Positions 21,184 to 29,430 of a stretch of DNA of 64,000 nt are shown here, one piece after another (the first letter of the stretch is position 1; each line of letters starts with the position of its first letter). The notes below the pieces were generated by a model. The model did no database searches and had not been told where the DNA came from. It saw nothing but the letters and a program-made list of their open reading frames with translations. The stretch is from Castellaniella sp. (GTDB taxonomy: Bacteria > Pseudomonadota > Gammaproteobacteria > Burkholderiales > Burkholderiaceae_B), in contig NZ_JBAYPG010000007.1 in assembly GCF_041677825.1 (NCBI RefSeq), forward strand, positions 21,814 through 85,813. Reading direction: 5' to 3'. A program made the translations under genes and the position numbers.

Positions 21184-22779
21184 TTGGACATTCATGATTA
21201 CATCATCGTGGGGGGCGGCACGGCGGGCTGCATTCTGGCCAATCGGCTGACCGCGTCGGGCCGGCACAGCGTACTGATGCTCGAGGCCGGCACCAACGCT
21301 GGCAGCCTGTGGATCAGCATCCCGGCGGGCTTCAGCAAATTGCTGGTCGATCCGCGCTTCAACTGGCAGTTCGAAACCGTGCCGGAAGCCAACACGCTCA
21401 ATCGCCGCATTGCGGTACCCCGCGGCAAGGGCCTGGGGGGCTCGACGCTCATCAATGGCATGATCTACGTACGCGGCCAGCCCGCCGACTACGATCACTG
21501 GCAGAGCCTGGGCGCCACCGGCTGGTCGTGGCAGGACGTCGAACCCTATTTCCGGCGCCTGGAAAACTACCCCGGCAGCGACCCGGCCCGCGGGCACGAA
21601 GGCCCCATGCACCTGACCGAGGTCGCCCACAGGCACCCTCTGGCAAGCGCGCTGCTGGATGCGGCGCGGGAAGATGGCCAGATCATCAACCCGGACTACA
21701 ACGGTGCGTCCCAGGAAGGCTTTGGCTATTACCAAGTCGTGCAACACCGAGGCCGGCGCTGGAGCATCGTGGATGGCTACCTGAATCCGGCCCGCCACCG
21801 GCGCAACCTCACGGTGCGCACGGGCGCCCACGTGCTGCATGTCGATCTGGACGAAGCCCGGCGCTGCACGGGGGTCACGTACCGCAAGGACGGGCAGGTC
21901 CACCAGGCCCATGCCGCAAAAGAGGTCATCCTGGCCGCCGGTGCCGTGCAGACCCCGCAGATCCTCGAACTCTCGGGCATCGGCGCACCCGACATCCTGG
22001 CCCGCGCCGGCATCCCCCTGCAACACGCGCTGGCGGGCGTTGGAGAACACTACATCGAACACTTCTGCACGCGCATGAACTGGCGCGTGCAGAATGCCCG
22101 CTCTCTGAACGAACTGACCCGGGGCTGGCGCCTGGCCAGGGCGGTGGCCGAATACTTCACCCGGCGCACCGGCATCCTGACCCTGGGCACCGGCCTGGTA
22201 TCGGGCTTCGTCAAGAGCCGCCCGGGGCTGGCCGCGCCCGATGTGCAGTATTTCTTCATGCACGCCAGCTATGCCAACGCCGCCGAGCGGATTCTGGACC
22301 ATCTTCCGGGCATGACACTGGGCGTGGCGCAGATGCGCCCGCAGTCGCGCGGCAGCATCCACATCCGCAATGCCGATCCCCTGGCCGGGCCGCTGATCCG
22401 CCCCAATTTCCTGGCTCAGCCCGAGGACCAGGACAGCCTGATCGGCGGCATGCAGCTGGCGCGACGCATCATGGCTCAGCCGGCCATGGCGCGCTATGTC
22501 GACCATGAAATGAGCCCGGGCCCCGATACGCAGAGCCATGCGCAGTGGCTGGAATTCGCGCGCTCCAATGGCCAGACCATCTATCATCCGATCGGCACCT
22601 GCCACATGGGCACCGACGCCCAGGCCGTGGTCGATCCGCAACTGCGGGTCCAGGGCCTGTCGGGCCTGCGCGTGATCGATGCGTCGGTGATGCCGGCCAT
22701 GATTTCGGGCAATACCCAGGGGGCGGTGATGATGGTCGCCGAAAAGGGGGCCGACCTGGTGCTGGCGGATGCCGGCTGA
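21184..22779 (+). CDS. GMC-family FAD oxidoreductase (choline-dehydrogenase-like)
   Basis: N-terminal DYIIVGGGTAGCILANRL, GMC signature GKGLGGSTLINGMIY, and C-terminal HPIGTCHMG. Confidence 0.85.
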   Translation: MDIHDYIIVGGGTAGCILANRLTASGRHSVLMLEAGTNAGSLWISIPAGFSKLLVDPRFNWQFETVPEANTLNRRIAVPRGKGLGGSTLINGMIYVRGQPADYDHWQSLGATGWSWQDVEPYFRRLENYPGSDPARGHEGPMHLTEVAHRHPLASALLDAAREDGQIINPDYNGASQEGFGYYQVVQHRGRRWSIVDGYLNPARHRRNLTVRTGAHVLHVDLDEARRCTGVTYRKDGQVHQAHAAKEVILAAGAVQTPQILELSGIGAPDILARAGIPLQHALAGVGEHYIEHFCTRMNWRVQNARSLNELTRGWRLARAVAEYFTRRTGILTLGTGLVSGFVKSRPGLAAPDVQYFFMHASYANAAERILDHLPGMTLGVAQMRPQSRGSIHIRNADPLAGPLIRPNFLAQPEDQDSLIGGMQLARRIMAQPAMARYVDHEMSPGPDTQSHAQWLEFARSNGQTIYHPIGTCHMGTDAQAVVDPQLRVQGLSGLRVIDASVMPAMISGNTQGAVMMVAEKGADLVLADAG

Positions 22780-22805
22780 GCTGCAGCCCGCCGCCTGTCG
22801 GCGGA

Positions 22806-23762
22806 TCACGGCGCGCCAGCAGGCCCGCCGCCGGGCCGGCGCCACGGTATGGCCAGGTACGCCAGCCGCCGGATCTCGCGCCGGGCCCGCGCCAGGGAAT
22901 CGAGCACCACCCCCACGGCCGCCAGCAACAGACCCAGCACGCACAGGCCGGTGACCAGCACCGCGGTGGGCAGGCGCGGGACCAGGCCGCTGTGGGCGTA
23001 GTCGATGAACAGCGGCACCGCCAGGCCCACACCCAGGGCGCACAGCAGCACGCCCAGCAGGCCAAAGAGCGTCAGCGGCCGCTCGAGCATGTACAGGCGC
23101 AGGATGACGCTGGCGATGCGCAGCCCGTCGCGCCAGGTGGACAGCTTGCTGGCCGAGCCCGCAGGCCGCGCCCCATACGGGGTCTGCAGCTCGCCCCAGG
23201 GCATGGCCATTTCGAGCGCGTGCACGGTGAGCTCGGTCTCGATCTCGAAACCGGCCGACTGCCCGGGAAACGACTTGACGTAGCGCCGCGAAAACACCCG
23301 ATAGCCCGACAGCATGTCGGTGAACGCGCCCCCGAACACATGGCGCACCGCCGCGCTCAGCAGCCGGTTGCCGGCCCGGTGCCCGGGCCGGTAATTCTCG
23401 GCCTGCCCCGCGTCGGCCCGGCAGCCGACCAGCATGTCCAGCCGCTGCCCGACCAGATGCGCCAGCATCCGCGGGGCGCTGGCGGCATCATAGGTGGCAT
23501 CGCCATCGACCATGATGTAGTAGTCGGCCTCGATGTCGGCAAACATGCGCCGCACCACGCTGCCCTTGCCGCGCTGCGCCACGTGGTGCACCTGGGCACC
23601 GGCCCGGCGGGCGATCGCGGCCGTTTCATCACGCGAGCCGTTGTCGAACACGTAGACCTGGATATCGGGTACGGCCGCACGGAAGTCGCGCACCACCTGC
23701 GCAATGGTGGGCGCTTCGTCATAGCAGGGCACCAGCAGGGCGATACGCGCTTCTGCTAGCAT
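22806..23762 (-). CDS. GT2 glycosyltransferase with C-terminal TM helices (DPM1/GtrB/ArnC-like polyprenyl-phosphate glycosyltransferase)
   Basis: Contains LLVPCYDEAPTI..., VFDNGSRDET and a DGD motif (IMVDGDATY), followed by two C-terminal hydrophobic segments. I preferred the start at 23762 (MLAEARIALLV). The ORF track extends the ORF to 23915 through an Asp/Gly/Arg-rich stretch. Confidence 0.75.
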   Translation of the reverse strand: MLAEARIALLVPCYDEAPTIAQVVRDFRAAVPDIQVYVFDNGSRDETAAIARRAGAQVHHVAQRGKGSVVRRMFADIEADYYIMVDGDATYDAASAPRMLAHLVGQRLDMLVGCRADAGQAENYRPGHRAGNRLLSAAVRHVFGGAFTDMLSGYRVFSRRYVKSFPGQSAGFEIETELTVHALEMAMPWGELQTPYGARPAGSASKLSTWRDGLRIASVILRLYMLERPLTLFGLLGVLLCALGVGLAVPLFIDYAHSGLVPRLPTAVLVTGLCVLGLLLAAVGVVLDSLARARREIRRLAYLAIPWRRPGGGPAGAP

Positions 23763-23915
23763 GGCGGCTTTGCTGCCGCAATCGCCGCGTTCGCTGCCGC
23801 CGCCATCGCTATCGCCGCGACCGCGAGCATCGACGCCGCGATCGTGGCGATGGCCGGCCCCGGCCGGGCGCGGCCGCATGCCGTCAGTCTCATCGGTATC
23901 ATCGGGCTCCATCAC

Positions 23916-25784
23916 ATGCTGAATCCTCTGGACAAGCGCAAAGTCCTCATTCTAGCGTCAGCCATCTTTCTGCTGGCGATTGCCTTCAGCCTGGGGCGCC
24001 AGATGCCGGATCTGCTGGCCGCCCGGCTGGCCAACCCCGACAGCTACACCCGGCTGGTGCTGGTGCGCGACTGGCAGCCCGCGACGGGCTACCAGTACAT
24101 GGCGCGCGATGCGGCGCCCCACGGCAGCTACCTGCACTGGGCAATGGTGCACACCTGGACCCTGCAGCACCTGGCCCAGGCGCTGCAGTGGCTGGGGCTG
24201 CCGCAGGACAAGGCCCTGTTGCTCGCGGGCGCCGGGATCACCGAACTCAGCACGCTGCTGCTGGGCCTGTTCAGCGTGCTGGCCATTCTGGCACAGGGGG
24301 GGCGGCTGGCGGCCATCGCCACCGCCCTGGCGCTGATCAGCGCGCGCGGGCTGCTGGCCTACGCGCAGCCGCTCCAGATCACGCACCACATCTTCATGCT
24401 GGTGCCGCTGGCGTGCGCGGCCTGGCTGCTGCTGCGCCCGCGCAGCAGGCCATTTCTGGCCGGCCTGGGCCTGGGGCTGAGCCTGTGGATTTCACCCGAG
24501 ACCATGCCCTTCATCGCAGGGCTGGCCGCGCTGCAGGCAGGCCGGCGCCTGCAGGGTGCCGGTGGCGCTGCGTGCTGGCCCCTGGCATTGGGCCTGGGCC
24601 TGATGCTGCTGCTGGGCTGGTGGATCGACCCACCACCGCCCACGTTCGACGCCTGGGCGCTGGACCACCTGAGCCTGGCCTGGCTCGCCTGGGCGGCCAT
24701 CGTCGCGGCCCTGCTCTGCCTTGCCGACATCCTGGCCAGCCGGCCCCGCCTGCCCCTGGCCTGGAAGGTCGGGCTGATCGCTGCGGCGGCGCTGGCCGGC
24801 GCCGCGCTGTGGCTGGCCCTGGCCCCGGGCGCGCTGGCGGGCCCTGCGGGCCTGCTGCCCGATGAGCTCAAAACCCTGTGGTGGCGCCACATCAACGAAC
24901 TGCGGCCATCCAGAAAAGCCTCGGAGATTCTCGCCTGGGTGGCCATGCCGGCCCTGGCGGGCGGGCTGCTGCTGCACGCCGCGTGGCGGGCCCGCATCCT
25001 GTGGTGGGCGCTGCTCGGCCTGATGGCCACGGCCTACGCGGCGCTGGCCGCCTGGCACGTGCGCATGGGCGCCGCAGCGGCCCTGGCGGCCGCGCTGGCC
25101 TGGGGGATCTGGCTGACGCGGCAGGCCGTCTTCATCTCCGAAACCCCCACCGCCCTGCCGGCGCGCGCGCAGCACAGGGCGGCCTTCTGGCTGCTCGTGC
25201 CCATCCTGCTGGTGGTGCTGTCGCTGGGCAGCGTCGCCCTCGAGCGATGGCTGGGCGACACCCCCACGAGCCCCAGCCCATGCAGGCTGGCCGATATTGC
25301 AGACGAGCTGAACGCCGTGCCCCCGGCGACTATCCTGGTGCACCTGAACCAGGCCCCGGAACTGCTCTGGCGCACCCATCACCGCGTGATCGCCGGCAAC
25401 TATCACCACAATACCGCCGGCCTTCTGGATACCTATCACGTCTGGCTGTCCGAAGGCGATGACGCACGCGCGCGCGCTATCGTGGCCCAGCGCGGCATCC
25501 AGTACATCCTGCAGTGTGCCGATGCGGATGCCGGCACCAACGCCGGTACCGACGCCGGGGGCGATACGCTGGCCCGACGGCTGGCGCGCGGTGCGCCGGT
25601 CTCCTGGGCGCGCGGCCCGTTTCCCCTGGGTGCCTGGAATCTGTATATACCCGGCACGGCGCCCGTGCCCCCAGCCATCAGGGCGCCTGCAGCGCAAGCA
25701 CCTGGTCAAACAGCCCCGCAGGCAGATCCGCATGCGTGGCGACGATCAGGGTCCGGCCCTGGATCTGGTCGGCCAGCACCCTGA
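23916..25784 (+). CDS. Large polytopic membrane protein, putative GT-C-fold glycosyltransferase
   Basis: ORF 23844..25784 trimmed to the ATG at 23916 (MLNPLDKRKVLILASAIFLL). It has many hydrophobic segments. An acidic loop motif follows TM1 (LANPDSYTRLVLVRDW, compare the ArnT/PMT/STT3 first-loop Asp motifs). A soluble C-terminal domain of roughly 150 aa follows. The gene is divergent from the GT2 gene. The family assignment is an inference. Confidence 0.55.
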   Translation: MLNPLDKRKVLILASAIFLLAIAFSLGRQMPDLLAARLANPDSYTRLVLVRDWQPATGYQYMARDAAPHGSYLHWAMVHTWTLQHLAQALQWLGLPQDKALLLAGAGITELSTLLLGLFSVLAILAQGGRLAAIATALALISARGLLAYAQPLQITHHIFMLVPLACAAWLLLRPRSRPFLAGLGLGLSLWISPETMPFIAGLAALQAGRRLQGAGGAACWPLALGLGLMLLLGWWIDPPPPTFDAWALDHLSLAWLAWAAIVAALLCLADILASRPRLPLAWKVGLIAAAALAGAALWLALAPGALAGPAGLLPDELKTLWWRHINELRPSRKASEILAWVAMPALAGGLLLHAAWRARILWWALLGLMATAYAALAAWHVRMGAAAALAAALAWGIWLTRQAVFISETPTALPARAQHRAAFWLLVPILLVVLSLGSVALERWLGDTPTSPSPCRLADIADELNAVPPATILVHLNQAPELLWRTHHRVIAGNYHHNTAGLLDTYHVWLSEGDDARARAIVAQRGIQYILQCADADAGTNAGTDAGGDTLARRLARGAPVSWARGPFPLGAWNLYIPGTAPVPPAIRAPAAQAPGQTAPQADPHAWRRSGSGPGSGRPAP

Positions 25785-27354
25785 AAAAGGCCCGCGCGGT
25801 CGCGTCATCCAGCCCGGCGGTGGGCTCATCCAGCACCCAGATGCGGGCTGGCGACAGGAGGATGCGCGCCAGGCAGAGCCGGCGTACCTGCCCGGTGGAC
25901 AAGGTGGCGCCGCGCTCGTCGACCCAGGCATCCAGGCCGGCGTCCAGGCCACGCACGAAATCGGCCAGCTGGGCTTGCTCCAGAACCTGCCAGAGCCGCG
26001 CATCGCTGGCCTGCGGATCGGCGATGTGCAGATTTTCGCGCAGGGTACCGAGAAACACGGGTGAGAACTGGCTCAGCAAAGCCACACGGGCCTGAACCTG
26101 TGCCGGGTCGGCCCGCTGCAGCGGCACCCCGCCCAGGCGGATCTCGCCCTCGACTGGATCCACCACCCGCAAAAGCAGGTTCAGCAGCGTGGACTTGCCC
26201 ACGCCACTGGGCCCGACGATGGCCACCCGGTGTCCGGCAGGCCAGCGCAGAGTCAGGTCGCGCAGCACCCAGCGCCCGCCGGGATAACGAAATGAAACGC
26301 CTGCCAGCTCCAGGGCGCCGGTCTCGGGCAGTTCGCGGGGCCCGGCAGGGGCCGGCAAGGCGGCCCGGGTCTGCAGCAGCGCCTGCACACGGCGCATACC
26401 CTGGGTGATCACGGCGGTGCGCGATGCGCCGCGCAACAGGGGTCCGAGCACCTCGAACAGGCCTATGCCGCCCAGCACGACGCCGATCCACTGTGGCCCG
26501 TCGAGCCGGCCGGCATGAAAGGCCAGCGCCCCCAGAAACAGGAGCAGGGCCAGCGCAAGCCCCATGAACGCCTGCTGCAGCAACTGGCCCAGCGCACCCT
26601 GGGCCGACAGACGGTCACGCCCGCAGGCCAGTTCCTTGCCCAGGGCCTCGAACTGCGCCAGCGTGCGCGCCTGCAGGTCGAATGCGACGATGTCCACATG
26701 CGCCTGCACACTCTGCTGGACCAGATCGCGCATGCGGGCCTGGCTGTCCTGCAGCGCCAGGCCGGGGCGGCGAGCCTGCCAGGCCATCCAGGCGGGTACG
26801 CACAGGGCCCCCAGGAACAGCACCGCGCAGACCAGCCAGGCCAGGCGCGCGTCCAGCAAGCCCACCAGCAGGGCAAAGGACAGGCCGGCCAGGGCCGCCA
26901 CCAGGGCCGGTGCCACCCATTGCAGGAAAAGGCCATCCAGCACATCCATGTCGCCGGTCAGGCGCGCCACCAGATCCCCTTCGCGGTAGCCCGCCAACTG
27001 TGCCGGACTGAGCGTGAGGACGTGGGCAAACACCCGGGTGCGCAGATCGGCCAGAAGTTCCAGGGTGACGGCATGGCCGAGAATGCGCTCGCCATAGCGC
27101 GAACCGATGCGCAGGAAGGACAGGCCCCGGATCAGCGCCGAGGGCGCAAACAGGTCGAACCCGAACGTGGTGCCGGCCAGAAAGGCAGCGCCCAGAAACC
27201 AGCCTGCCACCATGAACAGCCCGGTACCCGCCCAGACGGTGACCAATGCCACCCCGATCGCCAGCAGCAGCCTGGCCCTTCGCGCTGCGAACCAGGGCCA
27301 GAGCAGCCTCAGCCCGCGCATGCCGAATCCCGCCCGGCCTGCAGGACCAGGCAA
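25678..27354 (-). CDS. cydC: Thiol-reductant ABC exporter subunit CydC
   Basis: 558-aa ORF with a TM domain plus a nucleotide-binding domain (NBD): Walker A GPSGVGKSTLLNLL, signature LSTGQVRRLCLARIL and Walker B IWVLDEPTAGLD. It is the last gene of the cyd operon. An alternative start lies at 27321. Confidence 0.8.
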   Translation of the reverse strand: MPGPAGRAGFGMRGLRLLWPWFAARRARLLLAIGVALVTVWAGTGLFMVAGWFLGAAFLAGTTFGFDLFAPSALIRGLSFLRIGSRYGERILGHAVTLELLADLRTRVFAHVLTLSPAQLAGYREGDLVARLTGDMDVLDGLFLQWVAPALVAALAGLSFALLVGLLDARLAWLVCAVLFLGALCVPAWMAWQARRPGLALQDSQARMRDLVQQSVQAHVDIVAFDLQARTLAQFEALGKELACGRDRLSAQGALGQLLQQAFMGLALALLLFLGALAFHAGRLDGPQWIGVVLGGIGLFEVLGPLLRGASRTAVITQGMRRVQALLQTRAALPAPAGPRELPETGALELAGVSFRYPGGRWVLRDLTLRWPAGHRVAIVGPSGVGKSTLLNLLLRVVDPVEGEIRLGGVPLQRADPAQVQARVALLSQFSPVFLGTLRENLHIADPQASDARLWQVLEQAQLADFVRGLDAGLDAWVDERGATLSTGQVRRLCLARILLSPARIWVLDEPTAGLDDATARAFFRVLADQIQGRTLIVATHADLPAGLFDQVLALQAP

Positions 27355-29270
27355 CGCCCAAGCGCATCTGCAACCCTGGCGTCATGCGTGGCCAGAATCA
27401 AGGTGCGGCCGCGGCAGAAGCGGACGATCTCCGTGAGCACGCGATGTGCCGTGGCGGCATCCAGATGGGCCGTGGGTTCGTCCAGAAGAACGACGCCGGG
27501 ATCGAGCAGGAACAGGCGTGCCAGGGCCAGGCGGCGCAACTGCCCGCCCGAGAGGCCGTGGCCCATCTCGCCCAGGCGGGTGTACAGGCCCTCGTGACTG
27601 GCCGCCACGAAGTCCCACGCACAGGCCCGCTGCAGCGCCGCCTGCCATTGCCCTGCGTCCGTGGCCGGCGCCGCCAGGCGCAGATTGTCGGCCACCGTGC
27701 CGGCCAGAAAAAAGGGCCGCTGGCTGATGAACACCAGGCGTGCGCCCAGTTCAGGGTGTGCATGCACCCCAGTCGCCACGCCCCCGACCATGCTCCCGCA
27801 GCGCCCTGCCCCTGCCCCTGCCCCTGCCACAGCCGGCGGCGGCCCCACGCGGGCAGGCTCGAGACCCGCCTGTGCAGCGGCCATCCACCGCCAGCCCAGC
27901 ACCTGCACTTCGCCCGCCAGGGGCACACGCAGGCCCGCCAGGGCTTCCAGCAGGCTCGTCTTGCCCACGCCACTGGCACCCATCAGGGCCAGGTGTTCGC
28001 CCTGCATCAGGGTCAGGTCCAGCGGCCTTGACCACAGCGCGCCCGCGTGCCGGTCCGGCATGTCCAGCCCGCGAACCTGCAGCGCAGCCGGCGGTTCCGG
28101 ACTCACCGGAATCCACGCGGGGGCCGCTGCGGTGCCGGGGGCTGCTGTGGCGTCCTGGGCCATTGCGGCGTCGGGGGCCGCGGCCCGCCCGCCGGCCCCG
28201 GCCCCGGTTCCGGCCTCTTTGGGCGCGTACGCCGGCGTCCGTACCCTGGGCCTGGCGCCCGGCGCTGCAGGCTGCGGCAGGCCCTGAAACAAGTGGGCGA
28301 TCTGATCGACGGCGGCCACGGCGGCTGCGCGGTCATGATAGCTGGCGGCCAGCTGGCGCAGGGGGTTGTAGACCTCGGGGGCCATGAACAGGGCAAACAG
28401 CCCCAGGGGCAAGTCGACCGGCCGGGCCTGCACCTGCAGGAAACCGAGATAACTCAGGCCGATGTACAAGGCAATGCCCGCCACCCCCAGCGCCGCGAAG
28501 AATTCAAGCACCGCCGAAGACAGAAAGGCAATGCGCAGCACGCCCAGCGTCTTCTGGCTCAGGGCATGGCTGGCGGCCCGCATTGCCGCCACCTCGTCCT
28601 GGGTACGCCCGAACAGCCTGAGCGTGAAGGCGCCGCGCAGGCGGTCGGCAAAGCGGCCGGAGAGGCGCACCATCGCCTGCTGATGACGCGCGCTGGCCGC
28701 CTGCGCGCCCCAGCCCACGAGGGCCATGAAGACCGGAATGAGCGGAGCCGTCACGAGCAGGATCAGGGCGGCCACCCAATCGAAGGGCAGCAGCACCACG
28801 GCAAAGGCCAGTGGCAACACGACGGCCGCCAGCACGGCCGGCAGGTAGCGCGTCAGATAACCATCGAGCTGCTCGACCTGGTCCACCAGCACGCTGGCCA
28901 GTTCGCCCGATATCTGCTGGCGCGTCCACTGCGGCCCCAGTTCGAACAGCCGTGCAAACAGCGCCTGGCGCACGCGTGCCTTGAGCCGCTCTGCGGCCCG
29001 GCTGGCCAGCCGTTCACCCAACCAGTGGATCAGCGCGCGCAGGGCGAGCAGCGTGACGATGCCCAGCACCCAGGGCGCCAGCTCGGCCAGCGCCATCTGC
29101 CCTTGAACCATGCGGCCCAGGACCTGGGCGAGCAGCCAGACCTGCGCGACGAGCAGCAGGCCGGCCGCCAGCGGCGCCCCCATCGCCGCGGCGAAGCACC
29201 GGGATTCGTGGCGCCGGAGCGCGGCAAGCCAGTGCGCCGCTGACGCGTCGTCAGTGGCCATGGGCGGCAA
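27309..29270 (-). CDS. cydD: Thiol-reductant ABC exporter subunit CydD, with low-complexity insertions
   Basis: 653-aa ORF with a TM domain, Walker A GASGVGKTSLLEAL, signature LSGGQLRRLALARLF and Walker B VVLLDEPTAHLD. Ala/Pro/Gly-rich inserts lie before the NBD and between Walker A and the Q-loop. Confidence 0.8.
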   Translation of the reverse strand: MPPMATDDASAAHWLAALRRHESRCFAAAMGAPLAAGLLLVAQVWLLAQVLGRMVQGQMALAELAPWVLGIVTLLALRALIHWLGERLASRAAERLKARVRQALFARLFELGPQWTRQQISGELASVLVDQVEQLDGYLTRYLPAVLAAVVLPLAFAVVLLPFDWVAALILLVTAPLIPVFMALVGWGAQAASARHQQAMVRLSGRFADRLRGAFTLRLFGRTQDEVAAMRAASHALSQKTLGVLRIAFLSSAVLEFFAALGVAGIALYIGLSYLGFLQVQARPVDLPLGLFALFMAPEVYNPLRQLAASYHDRAAAVAAVDQIAHLFQGLPQPAAPGARPRVRTPAYAPKEAGTGAGAGGRAAAPDAAMAQDATAAPGTAAAPAWIPVSPEPPAALQVRGLDMPDRHAGALWSRPLDLTLMQGEHLALMGASGVGKTSLLEALAGLRVPLAGEVQVLGWRWMAAAQAGLEPARVGPPPAVAGAGAGAGRCGSMVGGVATGVHAHPELGARLVFISQRPFFLAGTVADNLRLAAPATDAGQWQAALQRACAWDFVAASHEGLYTRLGEMGHGLSGGQLRRLALARLFLLDPGVVLLDEPTAHLDAATAHRVLTEIVRFCRGRTLILATHDARVADALGRCLVLQAGRDSACAG

Positions 29271-29303
29271 CCTGGCGCATCGTTCGGCGCCGACTGCCGG
29301 ACG

Positions 29304-29396
29304 TTATTCGTCTTCCTGCAGTTCGTGCCACAAGGCGTTGAGTATGGCAAAGCTGCAAGCCAGGCCCAGACCCAGGACCCAGGCAAAATACCACAT
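29304..29396 (-). CDS. cydX: Cytochrome bd oxidase small subunit CydX
   Basis: Hand translation gives MWYFAWVLGLGLACSFAILNALWHELQEDE (30 aa). It has the characteristic MWYFxW start and a single TM segment, and lies immediately downstream of cydB. It is too short for the ORF track. Confidence 0.75.
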   Translation of the reverse strand: MWYFAWVLGLGLACSFAILNALWHELQEDE

Positions 29397-29430
29397 AGGT
29401 TTCCTCAAGCATGCATGATGATGGCCCGCT

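Noticed and set aside
20284-23043. 919-aa minus-strand ORF opposite the shikimate-dehydrogenase-like and GMC oxidoreductase genes
   Set aside because: Same reasoning. The plus-strand genes carry Rossmann and GMC signatures, while the minus-strand product is Arg/Gly/Ala/Pro-rich with no motif.
23763-23915. N-terminal 51-aa extension of the GT2 ORF (MMEPDDTDETDGMRPRPAGAGHRHDRGVDARGRGDSDGGGSERGD...)
   Set aside because: The extension is low-complexity and would overlap the divergent promoter region up to the start of the opposing gene. The GT2 fold begins right after the internal Met at 23762. The longer form cannot be excluded without data.
27309-29270. Possibility that the oversized cydD is two genes or a frameshifted fusion
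   Set aside because: A single uninterrupted frame carries the TM domain, Walker A, signature and Walker B in the normal order. The excess length is explained by low-complexity inserts.
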